Below, piece after piece: positions 46,995 through 56,019 of a stretch of 64,000 nucleotides of DNA. Within the stretch, counting starts at the first letter, position 1. Every line of letters begins with the position of its first letter. This DNA comes from an uncultured Candidatus Saccharibacteria bacterium (lineage in GTDB: Bacteria > Patescibacteriota > Doudnabacteria > UBA920), in contig CAZEKH010000003.1 in assembly GCA_964512925.1 (NCBI GenBank), positions 80,772 to 144,771 of the forward strand. Direction: 5' to 3'. Position numbers and translations under genes: made by a program. Under the pieces are notes generated by a model that saw only the letters and a program-made list of their open reading frames with translations, had not been told where the DNA came from and did not search any database.

Positions 46995-48632
46995 TTATTT
47001 TTCTTGAACTGTCACTTTTATCTTGTTGGAGATTAAGGGTAAATTTTTACGCCAGGAAGGAGCAATTACTACATCAACCCTTTCAACTTCGCTCTCTCTC
47101 CTTATAAGCTCGTCAGCCTGATCTGCGGTTTTGTTTTTTAGCCTGCCAGCTAAATTTTGCATATTGACTGAAAAAAAAGCTTTTCCTTCAAAATGTACTG
47201 ACAAAGACCCCTTCAAACTTGCTATGTCAGAATCTTTTACCGCATAGGAAATAGAGCTACTTTCCGGTTTTTTTAAAATTTTATTTTTTGAAACTGTGTT
47301 TACAACCCTGGCATAAACCAAATCTTCAAGGTCTTTCTTAAAAAATACAAAGCCTGATATTTTTATTTTTAGCTGAGCGTTAAAACTCGGGCTTTCCGTA
47401 CCAGAAGGTTTGTCAGCGGAAAATTCCTGAACTTCTATTTGGAAAGATTTATCCAATAAAACCTTTCCCTGACTGGATAAATTATTCCTTAACGAGTTTA
47501 AAATTTTGTCAGCTAAAGATTTTTGAGCATTGGCAATATCCTGATCTGTAACGACTGATAAATATCTTGTTGTGCCGCCAACTATGGCTGAATCTATGCG
47601 CGCATAGATAACCTGGGGTTTACTGCCTAAAACCTGATTAGTGATTTCCAGTCTGGTTCCCGCGGGCAGGTTATAATTCTCACCGCCCTGTTCAGCCACG
47701 ACTTCGTAAGAATCTCCCAAAGATGCTTCGTCAATTTCTTTGGTTTTTGCATTTGAATATTTTGTGGGCTTAAGGGAAAGCACATCAGAGGTTAGGCGGA
47801 AATTTTTCTCCCCAATGCTAATAATTGTTGTGGCAGCTTTTAAATTTAAAGGCAAGGCCGTAAAATTATAAATTTTAACAGTGCCGGAAGCCTTATTGCC
47901 AACGCTTTTTTTACCCTGGCTTTCAAACTTGCCGCTTTCAAATTTTTCTTCAAAAAGAGCATCTGACTTAATAGCCAGTTTATTTGGGTCTATCCCGCTG
48001 TTTTGCGGGTCTAAAACCACCTCCATATCGCGGATAATTTGTTCAGATTTGGGAAAAATGACAACCTCCCCTTTTGGCAATGCAAACAAAACAAGCCACG
48101 AGGCGCAAAAAAGAGAGACTATAAGAAAAACTGCAGTTAATTTTGTCGGGGTAAAAATACTTTTCTTTTCTACAGCGGGTTTTGTTATAAAAACAGGCTT
48201 TTCTAATTCGGCAGGCGGTGGGGTTTTTGCTATAAAAGTCGAAAAAGCAGGCTTTACTTGCGCAGGTTTGGGCAATTCTTCAGTTTTATTTTCAGGCTTT
48301 ACTGAAGCAACAACGGGTTGTTCAATAATTTTTTGAGTTTGTTGCTTAATGTCAGAAATACCAGTCTGTGTTTTTTTTGCAAACACATCCCTCAGCTCAA
48401 AGCCGGCAGCCAAAGCATATTGCTGGCCTTTTTCATCCATTGTAAAAACAAAAACCTTTTTGTCTAAAATTTCTACTTGTTTTTTTAATAACAACAAGTT
48501 AACCGAATCATGAAATAAAAAACATCTTTTTGGGCACACCAAAATCACCTCGCGGGCTTTTTCTTTTTTTAAACGCGCCGCAACCTTGCTGACATCATCT
48601 TCCAGATTTATGTAGACGCTTGGTAAATTCAT
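46995..48632 (-). CDS. hypothetical single-pass membrane protein (545 aa)
   Basis: Cytoplasmic N-domain, a Pro/Lys-rich linker, TM LTAVFLIVSLFCASWLVLFAL, and a large extracytoplasmic beta-rich domain. No motif recognised. Confidence 0.4.
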   Translation of the reverse strand: MNLPSVYINLEDDVSKVAARLKKEKAREVILVCPKRCFLFHDSVNLLLLKKQVEILDKKVFVFTMDEKGQQYALAAGFELRDVFAKKTQTGISDIKQQTQKIIEQPVVASVKPENKTEELPKPAQVKPAFSTFIAKTPPPAELEKPVFITKPAVEKKSIFTPTKLTAVFLIVSLFCASWLVLFALPKGEVVIFPKSEQIIRDMEVVLDPQNSGIDPNKLAIKSDALFEEKFESGKFESQGKKSVGNKASGTVKIYNFTALPLNLKAATTIISIGEKNFRLTSDVLSLKPTKYSNAKTKEIDEASLGDSYEVVAEQGGENYNLPAGTRLEITNQVLGSKPQVIYARIDSAIVGGTTRYLSVVTDQDIANAQKSLADKILNSLRNNLSSQGKVLLDKSFQIEVQEFSADKPSGTESPSFNAQLKIKISGFVFFKKDLEDLVYARVVNTVSKNKILKKPESSSISYAVKDSDIASLKGSLSVHFEGKAFFSVNMQNLAGRLKNKTADQADELIRRESEVERVDVVIAPSWRKNLPLISNKIKVTVQEK

Positions 48633-48681
48633 CGCATCTATAGTTTATATTTTTTATTTATTTTAATCAAACAAAGTTATA

Positions 48682-49848
48682 TCATAACAAACCTTTATAT
48701 TGAAGCCTTTTTGCAAATGAAATATTTTTACTATTTTCCACCTGTGGCTGATTGAACGGATCAACAGCCCTCAGGACGGAGCTATAAACCGCAAAGAGTT
48801 GCCAAAAGGCCGTAAATTGACCAACTTCATCGGGCGAAAGGCCTAATACTGCCAGGTGAGCGCAAGGAATTCCGGAAACTTTTGCGTCTTCCAAAGTACC
48901 TTGAAGCTCGTACGCAAAAGCCTGCTCTAAAGGAATTTTATTGATATCAAAAAGCGGATGCCCTTTGATCTGCACGCTGTGGGCCTCAGTCGGGTATAAA
49001 TTCAGGCTTGGGCGCATAACCATATCTGTGCCGATAAAAAATCCAATCATATTTTTTATGCCGCCAAAAAATCTTTGGTTGGTGTGATGCTGGCTTTCGG
49101 GCGCTTCTGAAGTTAAAAATGTCTGACCATTGCCTTCTTTGCCAAAAGATTCATGACAAAGCTGTACAACCAACGCTGACATCGGAAAAAGATAGTGGGA
49201 ATAAAAAGGCATAAACACATCAACATATCCTTGCTTTTCTAGTTGCCATAAAACCGATGCGGCTTTAAACGCGAGATTATCTTCAGGATATTTTTGCAGA
49301 ACTTTTTTTCCGCCTTTATACAAAGCTTTAACATCAATGCCACAAAAAGCAGCGGGCAGAAGTCCGACCTCGGTAAAACCCGTATATCTTCCCCCGATTT
49401 TCGGATGCTCCACCACGGTTAGTTTAAGTTTTTCCGCAATATGAAACAGCGGGGTATTTTTTTCCGTTACTACCAGCATCGGAAAAGACACAAACGGCAT
49501 CGTCATTTCCAGCTGCATTGTGTTTTCCCCAGATTTGCTAATGCAAAAAACCAAAGTATTTTCCGGCCTTAAAGTTTGTTTTAGCTCATAGATATAATCC
49601 GGATCCAAAGTGCTTAAAAAATACGCTTGTTTTTTTGTTTGGTACTTCAAAGCGTGGTAAAACCCGTAAAAACTGGAGATGCTTCCACCATTGGCAATAA
49701 TCAAAATGTTTTCATACTTGCCGTATTCTGAAACCAATTTTTCCATAGCCTCAAAATCCGGCTCATACGACAAAAACAGCGGGTCTTCCGGCAATTTAAT
49801 TTCCGAGATTTTCTGAGGCGCTGGACAGTTGTAAAAATTGAGGTTCAT
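48682..49848 (-). CDS. pgi: glucose-6-phosphate isomerase-like SIS-domain protein (short form)
   Basis: IIANGGSISSFYG SIS nucleotide-loop-like motif and overall PGI-like layout. Medium confidence. Confidence 0.55.
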   Translation of the reverse strand: MNLNFYNCPAPQKISEIKLPEDPLFLSYEPDFEAMEKLVSEYGKYENILIIANGGSISSFYGFYHALKYQTKKQAYFLSTLDPDYIYELKQTLRPENTLVFCISKSGENTMQLEMTMPFVSFPMLVVTEKNTPLFHIAEKLKLTVVEHPKIGGRYTGFTEVGLLPAAFCGIDVKALYKGGKKVLQKYPEDNLAFKAASVLWQLEKQGYVDVFMPFYSHYLFPMSALVVQLCHESFGKEGNGQTFLTSEAPESQHHTNQRFFGGIKNMIGFFIGTDMVMRPSLNLYPTEAHSVQIKGHPLFDINKIPLEQAFAYELQGTLEDAKVSGIPCAHLAVLGLSPDEVGQFTAFWQLFAVYSSVLRAVDPFNQPQVENSKNISFAKRLQYKGLL

Positions 49849-49892
49849 TTTTTAGGACTGAGATTATAGGGCTAAGGTTATAGGGCTAAGGG

Positions 49893-51683
49893 CTAACTTA
49901 TTACCGCTTTAATCCTTCTTACTCCCGCAGAGGAGGCTTCTTCTTTTTGGATTTTAAAATTACCGATTATTCCCGTATGCTCAACGTGGGGGCCGCCGCA
50001 GAACTCGCGCGACACAACTTCATTTGTTTTAGGGTCAAAAACCGTATATATGGAAACAGTGTCCGCGTATTTTTCGCCGAACACGCCGATAGCGCCAAGC
50101 TCTTTGGCTTTTTCCTGGGGCATAATTTCTTTTTTTACTTGCAAATCCCTGGAAATCCAGTCGTTAACCAAAGCCTCCACCGAAGCTATTTCTTCAGAAG
50201 ACATCTTTTGGCTGTGGGTAAAGTCAAACCTGGTGCGCTCTTCGGTGATATTGCTCCCCTTTTGCCATACATTGTCGCCCAAAACTTGGCGTAAAGCCGC
50301 GTTCATCAGGTGCGTTGCGGTATGAAGCCTGACTATTTTTTCACTATGAGAAGCAAGTCCCCCTTTAAACTGTCCTGCTGAGGCAGTGCGGGAAAGCTCT
50401 TGGTGTTTTTTAAATTCTTCTTCAAACTGGGTTTTGTCTATTTTTTGCCCGAACTGTTCAGCCAATTCTTTAGTTAGCTCCCAAGGAAACCCGTAAGTCT
50501 GGTAAAGATCAAACGCATCTTTCCCGGATATTAGTGTCATTCGGGTGTCATTTGCAGATTCGTGTCGAGTTAACTTTTCAAATTCTTTCAACCCTTTCTC
50601 TAAAGTGCTTTCAAACTTCTTCTGTTCTCCCTCAATGATTGAAAAAATATTTTCTGACTTTTCTACAAGCTCAGGATAGCTTTCCGCATAAACGGTGATT
50701 ACCTGCCCAACCAAAGCTTTTAGCCAGTGGTTTTTGAGGTTCAAAAGCCGCCCCATTACCAAAGCCCGACGTAGCAAACGCCTTAAAACATATCCGCGGT
50801 CTTTGTTGGAAGGCTCCACGCCGTCAGACACCATAAACACGCTGGCGCGGATGTGGTCTAAAACAATGCGGCCTTTTTTCACTTCGTCGTTGGACATAAT
50901 CTCCTGATCCAAAGCCAAAACATCCCACATCGGTTTAAACAGTTCAGTGTCATAAACCGAACGTTGTCCCGACAATACCGCTAAAACGCGGTCCAGCCCC
51001 ATACCCGTGTCTACATTCTGCTTTTTTAACGGCACGAGTTTTCCGTCAGGCAATTTTTCAAACTGCATAAACACGTCATTCCAAATCTCAACCCATCTGG
51101 GCTCGTTGACATCATAAGAAGCCGGCGCTGGAGTGCCGTCGTCTATCCAGTAGTGCATCTCCGTATCCGGGCCGCAAGGACCGGTATTTCCCGCTATCCA
51201 CCAATTTTTTTCTTTAGGCAAAAACGAAATCCGGTTTTCAGGCACGCCCAAAGCTTTCCAGATTTCCGCGGATTCTTCGTCCCTTGGCGTATCTTCATCC
51301 CCGGCAAAACAGGTAAAAGCCAGTCGTTCTAGAGGGATGCCGAGCCACTCTTTGGAAGTCAAAAATTCAAAACTCCACTCTATGGCTTCTTTTTTAAAAT
51401 AGTCGCCAAAACTCCAGTTGCCCAACATTTCAAAAAATGTGAGATGAGTATCATCCCCAACTTCGTCTATATCGCCAGTCCTGACGCACTTTTGCACATT
51501 GGCGACCCTTTTGCCGCCCGGATGCTCCTGGCCAAGCAAAAAAGGCACCAAAGGATGCATCCCGGCCGTGGTAAACAAAACCGAAGAGTCGCCCTCCGGA
51601 ACCAAAGAAGCTGAAGGGATGATGGTATGCCCCTTTGACTTAAAAAAGTCCAGATATTTTTTTCTTAAACCTTGCGAGTACAT
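49893..51683 (-). CDS. alaS: alanine--tRNA ligase (catalytic plus editing domains; 596 aa, lacks the long C-terminal extension)
   Basis: FFKSKGHTIIPSASLVP...FTTAGMHPLVPF...VRTGDIDEVGDDTHLTFFEMLGNWSFGDYFK class-II AlaRS core. HTATHLMNAALRQVLG...CGGPHV editing-domain motifs. Confidence 0.85.
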   Translation of the reverse strand: MYSQGLRKKYLDFFKSKGHTIIPSASLVPEGDSSVLFTTAGMHPLVPFLLGQEHPGGKRVANVQKCVRTGDIDEVGDDTHLTFFEMLGNWSFGDYFKKEAIEWSFEFLTSKEWLGIPLERLAFTCFAGDEDTPRDEESAEIWKALGVPENRISFLPKEKNWWIAGNTGPCGPDTEMHYWIDDGTPAPASYDVNEPRWVEIWNDVFMQFEKLPDGKLVPLKKQNVDTGMGLDRVLAVLSGQRSVYDTELFKPMWDVLALDQEIMSNDEVKKGRIVLDHIRASVFMVSDGVEPSNKDRGYVLRRLLRRALVMGRLLNLKNHWLKALVGQVITVYAESYPELVEKSENIFSIIEGEQKKFESTLEKGLKEFEKLTRHESANDTRMTLISGKDAFDLYQTYGFPWELTKELAEQFGQKIDKTQFEEEFKKHQELSRTASAGQFKGGLASHSEKIVRLHTATHLMNAALRQVLGDNVWQKGSNITEERTRFDFTHSQKMSSEEIASVEALVNDWISRDLQVKKEIMPQEKAKELGAIGVFGEKYADTVSIYTVFDPKTNEVVSREFCGGPHVEHTGIIGNFKIQKEEASSAGVRRIKAVIS

Positions 51684-52314
51684 TTTCTGTAGTACTAATA
51701 CTTTTAATTTTATCTAATTCAGATTGTGTTATTATTTCTCTCAGTTTAACTTTTTTTACAGGATATCCTTCTTTTGAATTATTTGGTCTGATATCAATCT
51801 CCCAATCATCACTATAAGAATCATTATGAAAATTTGGATTATTATGTATCTTAACTACTTTATATGATTGATTTAAATCTGCATAATAAACTATAGTCCC
51901 TATATCACATTCAAATTTGTGAACCCTTTCATTAAAAATCAAAAAATTATGCCTTCTTAAATTTTCAAAAGCTTCTTTCTTTTGTAAAGATAAGTCCTCA
52001 ACGCTTATTTCTTTTTTTGCTTTTTGAAAATTTGTTTCTGTAACCAAATCGGAAAGAGGAAATTGTTTTTTTATTATTTCACCATCAGGTTTTGTTAACT
52101 CAGCATATTCTGTATTTCCTTCACTAATAAAACTTTTAATTTTAAGTCGCAAACCTTCAAAATCAGGATGATATACCGTATCCCCCACTTGATAAAGTGT
52201 AGCAGCGCCTTTTAAGTCCTGTTCGGCAAATGCATTATCCAATACATAACGAAAACTGTCTGAATGTTTGGGTGTTTCTTGATCTCCTTTAGGGCCCAAA
52301 TGTTCACCCCGCAT
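51640..52314 (-). CDS. hypothetical protein
   Basis: 224-aa ORF. No motif. Confidence 0.3.
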   Translation of the reverse strand: MRGEHLGPKGDQETPKHSDSFRYVLDNAFAEQDLKGAATLYQVGDTVYHPDFEGLRLKIKSFISEGNTEYAELTKPDGEIIKKQFPLSDLVTETNFQKAKKEISVEDLSLQKKEAFENLRRHNFLIFNERVHKFECDIGTIVYYADLNQSYKVVKIHNNPNFHNDSYSDDWEIDIRPNNSKEGYPVKKVKLREIITQSELDKIKSISTTENVLARFKKKISGLF

Positions 52315-52315
52315 A

Positions 52316-53590
52316 TTATTTTCCTATCTCTTCCAAAGCCTTGTCCATTTGGGGGTCTTTGGAATTATTAATATCATCTTCGGTGAGTTTCACCTCGATG
52401 TCGGGGTTAAGCCCGTCTTTGTTTAAATTTTTCCCTCCCGGGGTTACCCATTTGGCGATAGTAACTTTTACAGCCGCTCCGCCTGACAAATTCACGAGCT
52501 CCTGGACACTGCCTTTGCCAAAAGTTTTTTCGCCAATCAAACTTGCTTTGCTATGGTCCTTTAAAGCTCCGGCTAAAATCTCGGAAGCGGAAGCGCTGCC
52601 GCCGTTTATTAAAACCAAAGTTTTTATACCCAAAAGCCTTTGGTCCCTTAATACCTTGTGTACCACAGGTTCGCTGCTAGTTCGCTCTTCGGTCACGGCG
52701 GTTTTACCTTCTTCAACCCAGGCTGAGATCAGGTTCACCGAGGTTTCAAGGTACCCTCCGGGGTTGTTGCGAAGGTCTAAAACTATTCCTTGCACTTTTT
52801 TGGTTAATATTTCGTTGACTGCGGCGGAAAAAAGACTATCCGTATCGTCGCCGAACCTGGAAATACTTAGTAAGGCGATAGTTTCTTTTTTTCCATTTTT
52901 TTCAACTTCTTTAAATTCCAGTTTTACGCTTTTATTTTTTATACTATCCCGGACAATAGTCAGGTCAAAAGGCTTCAACCTGCTGGCTCTGTAAATATTC
53001 AGCACGACCGAGGTGCCTTTTTTTCCGCGGATTTTTGACACCGCTTCCTCTACTGTCCAGTTCTCCGTGCTTTGACCATCAACTTTGAGGATGATATCCT
53101 GAGCCAGGATGCCGGCTTTTTTCGCCGGAGTATCGTCTAAAGGCGCAACTACTGTTATTACTCCATTTTTTTTACTAATCTCGGCGCCAATGCCGTCGAA
53201 TTCCCCTTTTAAGTCGGTTTTAAAAGTTTCCAAATCTTTGGGTTCAAAAAAAGCCGTATATGGGTCGCCGGTTGAAGCAACCGCCCCTCGGATAGCTCCA
53301 TATAAATACTGCTGGGCTGTTGGCGGTTTTTCTATGTATTTTTTATTTACCACGTCTATGGCTTCGTTTAAAAGCCCATAATCAACATCTTTCGGCAGCT
53401 GATCCTGGTTTACGACCTGAAAAGTTTTAGGCTGAAAAACATAACCCTGTTTGCCATATTTATTGCCCACCAAAAATCCTATCATAAGCAGCAAAAACAC
53501 GGTTACGGTTTTGCGAATTTGGTTGGAATTTTCAGGCTTATGAGGCACCGGGATTTCTACCCTACCTGCTTTTTCATTTTCTATGTCCAT
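52316..53590 (-). CDS. ctpA: carboxyl-terminal processing protease (S41) with PDZ domain
   Basis: N-terminal TM, PDZ region, and LDLRNNPGGYLETSVNLISAWVEEG S41 catalytic region. Confidence 0.85.
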   Translation of the reverse strand: MDIENEKAGRVEIPVPHKPENSNQIRKTVTVFLLLMIGFLVGNKYGKQGYVFQPKTFQVVNQDQLPKDVDYGLLNEAIDVVNKKYIEKPPTAQQYLYGAIRGAVASTGDPYTAFFEPKDLETFKTDLKGEFDGIGAEISKKNGVITVVAPLDDTPAKKAGILAQDIILKVDGQSTENWTVEEAVSKIRGKKGTSVVLNIYRASRLKPFDLTIVRDSIKNKSVKLEFKEVEKNGKKETIALLSISRFGDDTDSLFSAAVNEILTKKVQGIVLDLRNNPGGYLETSVNLISAWVEEGKTAVTEERTSSEPVVHKVLRDQRLLGIKTLVLINGGSASASEILAGALKDHSKASLIGEKTFGKGSVQELVNLSGGAAVKVTIAKWVTPGGKNLNKDGLNPDIEVKLTEDDINNSKDPQMDKALEEIGK

Positions 53591-53647
53591 AGTGTGATTT
53601 TAATATGATTTATTATACCAAAACTTAATTTCAAACGCTAATTTTCC

Positions 53648-54679
53648 TTAACCGCTGACTTTGGGAGATTTTTTAAAATAATTTATTGCGGTTAAAAGAA
53701 ATAGTCTGATATAGATGGCTAAAAACACCGCCCAATTAAAAATAAAAAGATATTTTTTAGCGTAGTATTTCTGATAAAAAATCCACATCGCCTCGTGAAA
53801 CCACTTTAAAGCACGAAACGGGACTTTACGGGAGGACGAGCCTTTAAAGTGGGTGATAAATGCCGTAGGGTGATACCAGACTTTAAACCCGGCTTCTTTG
53901 CATCGCCAGCACCAGTCAATATCTTCCCCATACATAAAAAACTTTTCATCAAGCAAACCAATTTTTTCTACAACTGATTTTCGGATAAGCAAAAACGCGC
54001 CCATACAACTATCTATCTCCATACTCTGGTTTTCATCCGTGTCCAGCATATTATAACTTGTTCCCTCTCCCCGTCTAAACGGGGGGAGGGATTGAGGGAG
54101 GGGGTTGAATAACCCATCAACCCTCAAAAACCTCGCCAAAGCATTCCAAGGATTTGGAAACCTTCTTCTGCAAGCTAAGTCCAATTTTCCATTTTCTAAT
54201 ATTACTTTACAAGTTACAATACCCACATCTTCCCGCTTCTCAATAAACTCCAAAGTCGTTTTTAAAGTATCTTTTTCTACTTTTGTATCCGGATTGAGCA
54301 AAAGTATATATTTTCCTCTAGCCCGCCTAATCCCTAAATTATTTCCGTGCGCAAACCCAGTATTAGTATTGCGAAGCAATTCAAATTTTCCCTCCCCAGG
54401 CGTGGGGAGGGTGTCCCGATGGACATCGGGACGGGAGAGGTCGAACGAAGGATTATTTAACAAACCTTCAAGCCATTGCCCAGTTCCGTCAGTTGAACCG
54501 TTATCTATAACAATCACCTCAGCCAAGTACCCATTATCTCCCCTCTTTACTAAAGTGGGGACTTGGGAGTTCTTTCCACTGGTAAACAAAACCCCCTCGC
54601 TCCCCCCCAAACTCAAAAACAACCGCTCTAAATCGGTTTTGGAGTTGTAGGAAAGGATTATTATTGAGAGTTTTACCAT
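53648..54679 (-). CDS. glycosyltransferase family 2 carrying three in-frame GC-rich palindromic insertions
   Basis: LSIIILSYNS...VIVIDNGSTDGT...FAHGNNLGIRRARGKYILLLNPD GT2 core. It is interrupted by segments encoded by GC-rich palindromes at about 54061-54112, 54389-54446 and 54533-54610. Confidence 0.75.
   Translation of the reverse strand: MVKLSIIILSYNSKTDLERLFLSLGGSEGVLFTSGKNSQVPTLVKRGDNGYLAEVIVIDNGSTDGTGQWLEGLLNNPSFDLSRPDVHRDTLPTPGEGKFELLRNTNTGFAHGNNLGIRRARGKYILLLNPDTKVEKDTLKTTLEFIEKREDVGIVTCKVILENGKLDLACRRRFPNPWNALARFLRVDGLFNPLPQSLPPFRRGEGTSYNMLDTDENQSMEIDSCMGAFLLIRKSVVEKIGLLDEKFFMYGEDIDWCWRCKEAGFKVWYHPTAFITHFKGSSSRKVPFRALKWFHEAMWIFYQKYYAKKYLFIFNWAVFLAIYIRLFLLTAINYFKKSPKVSG
54061..54112. 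repeat. GC-rich palindromic element (ccctctccccg-tctaaa-cggggggaggg...) in-frame inside the GT2 gene
   Basis: Seen directly: CCCTCCCC/GGGGAGGG inverted repeat within AT-rich coding sequence. Confidence 0.6.
54389..54446. repeat. GC-rich palindromic element (ccctcccca-ggcg-tggggaggg + gtcccgatg-ga-catcgggac) in-frame inside the GT2 gene
   Basis: Two adjacent perfect hairpins. Translated as DLSRPDVHRDTLPTPGEGKFE. Confidence 0.6.
54533..54610. repeat. GC-rich imperfect palindromic element in-frame inside the GT2 gene
   Basis: cccctctttact-aaagtgggga ... accccctcgctccccccc. Confidence 0.45.
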
Positions 54680-54957
54680 TGATTTTTTAAAAATAATATG
54701 ATATACAAACTAAGTCCGAAATCGAGAAATTGGAGGAGAGTATGGCAGAGGCTAAACAAGCTTGGCGGAGTTCCAATTCTGCTTCGCTTAGACGAGTCAG
54801 CCCAGCAGGGACAAGGCTGGTGGAGCAAATTTTGTGATATGGGTATTGAAAGTGGCGTCATGATGCGGGTAGTAGAGCTGCAATACTTTAAACTCCCAGC
54901 AGCCACTGCCGCCGAATAGGCCGCCGCCGCAAACGCAGTTTCTTCTGCCGCGCCTTG

Positions 54958-56019
54958 TTAGGCCTCCGGCAGTTTTTTTATTATGCTTCTCTTTTTCCAC
55001 ATCATCGGCAAAGTTTTAAAAAAATCCGGAAGAACTTTTAAGGTACTTATTTCAAACAGCAATATGTAGATTAACATAAAAAACTCGCGGAAGAAAAATT
55101 GGGGGTAAAAGTACTTGGAGTTTTTTATGTACATGTAAATATGGTTGGTCCAATTGAGTTGTTTGATTTTTGGATTTAATTGTTTATGATGCTTAATAAA
55201 AGCCAAAACATTTAAGTAACCTTTTTTTGAAGACCCGGCAGTACGGCCGTGGAAAGCTATGGCCTTTGGCGCAAACTTGCATTTCCATCCTTTGTTCACC
55301 ATCCGCCAAGCTAAATCCACATCTTCCCAGTAGCTATGGAAATCGGAGTCAAAATATTCTGTATTAGCTTTTAGCTTATAGCTTATAGCCTTTAGGGCAG
55401 AAGCCCTGTACATTGCCCCGGCTCCGGACACTGCTTGAACATCGGTTAGTAAATCATATTGCCCGAGGTCAGTCTCCCACTGCCCCCTATCCCTCGCCCT
55501 TCCCGACTTACTAATTGTCACCCCAGTTGTATCTAATGTTTTACAATCTTCAATCTTCAATTTTAAATCTTCAATTTTAAACAGTTTTCCCGTCGCGGCT
55601 CCGACTTTTTCATCTTCAAAAACTTCAAGCATCTTTTCCATATAATCCGCCTGCATTATTAAATCCGGATTTACAAGTTGAAAAAATTCTGGGCTACATT
55701 CAACCTCTCCCCGACCCTCCCCACCCGCCTGCAGCGTTATGCGCAGCATTTCGGGCAGGAGTCTTGGGGAGGGAGACAAATTTGAATACTTCTCAAACAC
55801 CAAATTATGCCCTTTGGCAAAACCTATGTTATAGCCCGGATCAATGATTTCCACCTGCGGGAATTTTTCCATCAAAAGTTCCTTGCCCCCGTCATCATTT
55901 CCAGCCACTACCACCACGGCTTTAAAATCTTTAAAGGTTTGGTTAAAAAGCGCGGTAAAAACAGGCTCAATCCATTTTTTACTATTGTAAATAACTTGTA
56001 CGACTATAACTTTAGGCAT
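54958..56019 (-). CDS. glycosyltransferase family 2 carrying two in-frame GC-rich palindromic insertions
   Basis: KVIVVQVIYNSKKWIEPVFTALFNQTFKDFKAVVVVAGNDDGG GT2 N-terminus. Insert-encoded segments SPSPRLLPEMLRITLQAGGEGRGEVEC (55703-55775) and SGRARDRGQWETDLG (55465-55525). Confidence 0.75.
   Translation of the reverse strand: MPKVIVVQVIYNSKKWIEPVFTALFNQTFKDFKAVVVVAGNDDGGKELLMEKFPQVEIIDPGYNIGFAKGHNLVFEKYSNLSPSPRLLPEMLRITLQAGGEGRGEVECSPEFFQLVNPDLIMQADYMEKMLEVFEDEKVGAATGKLFKIEDLKLKIEDCKTLDTTGVTISKSGRARDRGQWETDLGQYDLLTDVQAVSGAGAMYRASALKAISYKLKANTEYFDSDFHSYWEDVDLAWRMVNKGWKCKFAPKAIAFHGRTAGSSKKGYLNVLAFIKHHKQLNPKIKQLNWTNHIYMYIKNSKYFYPQFFFREFFMLIYILLFEISTLKVLPDFFKTLPMMWKKRSIIKKLPEA
55703..55775. repeat. 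GC-rich palindromic element (ctccccgaccctcccc ... ggggagggagac) in-frame inside the second GT2 gene
   Basis: Seen directly. The same CCCTCCCC/GGGGAGGG core as the elements in the neighbouring gene. Confidence 0.55.

Noticed and set aside
47881-48336. Plus-strand 151-aa ORF
   Set aside because: It is antisense to the 545-aa membrane protein gene, and every neighbouring gene is minus-strand.
52341-52994. Plus-strand 217-aa ORF
   Set aside because: It is antisense to ctpA, which has clear PDZ and S41 motifs. It is a low-complexity shadow frame.
54105-54650. Plus-strand 181-aa ORF
   Set aside because: It is antisense to the GT2 gene. The GC-rich palindromic inserts make it read open on both strands.
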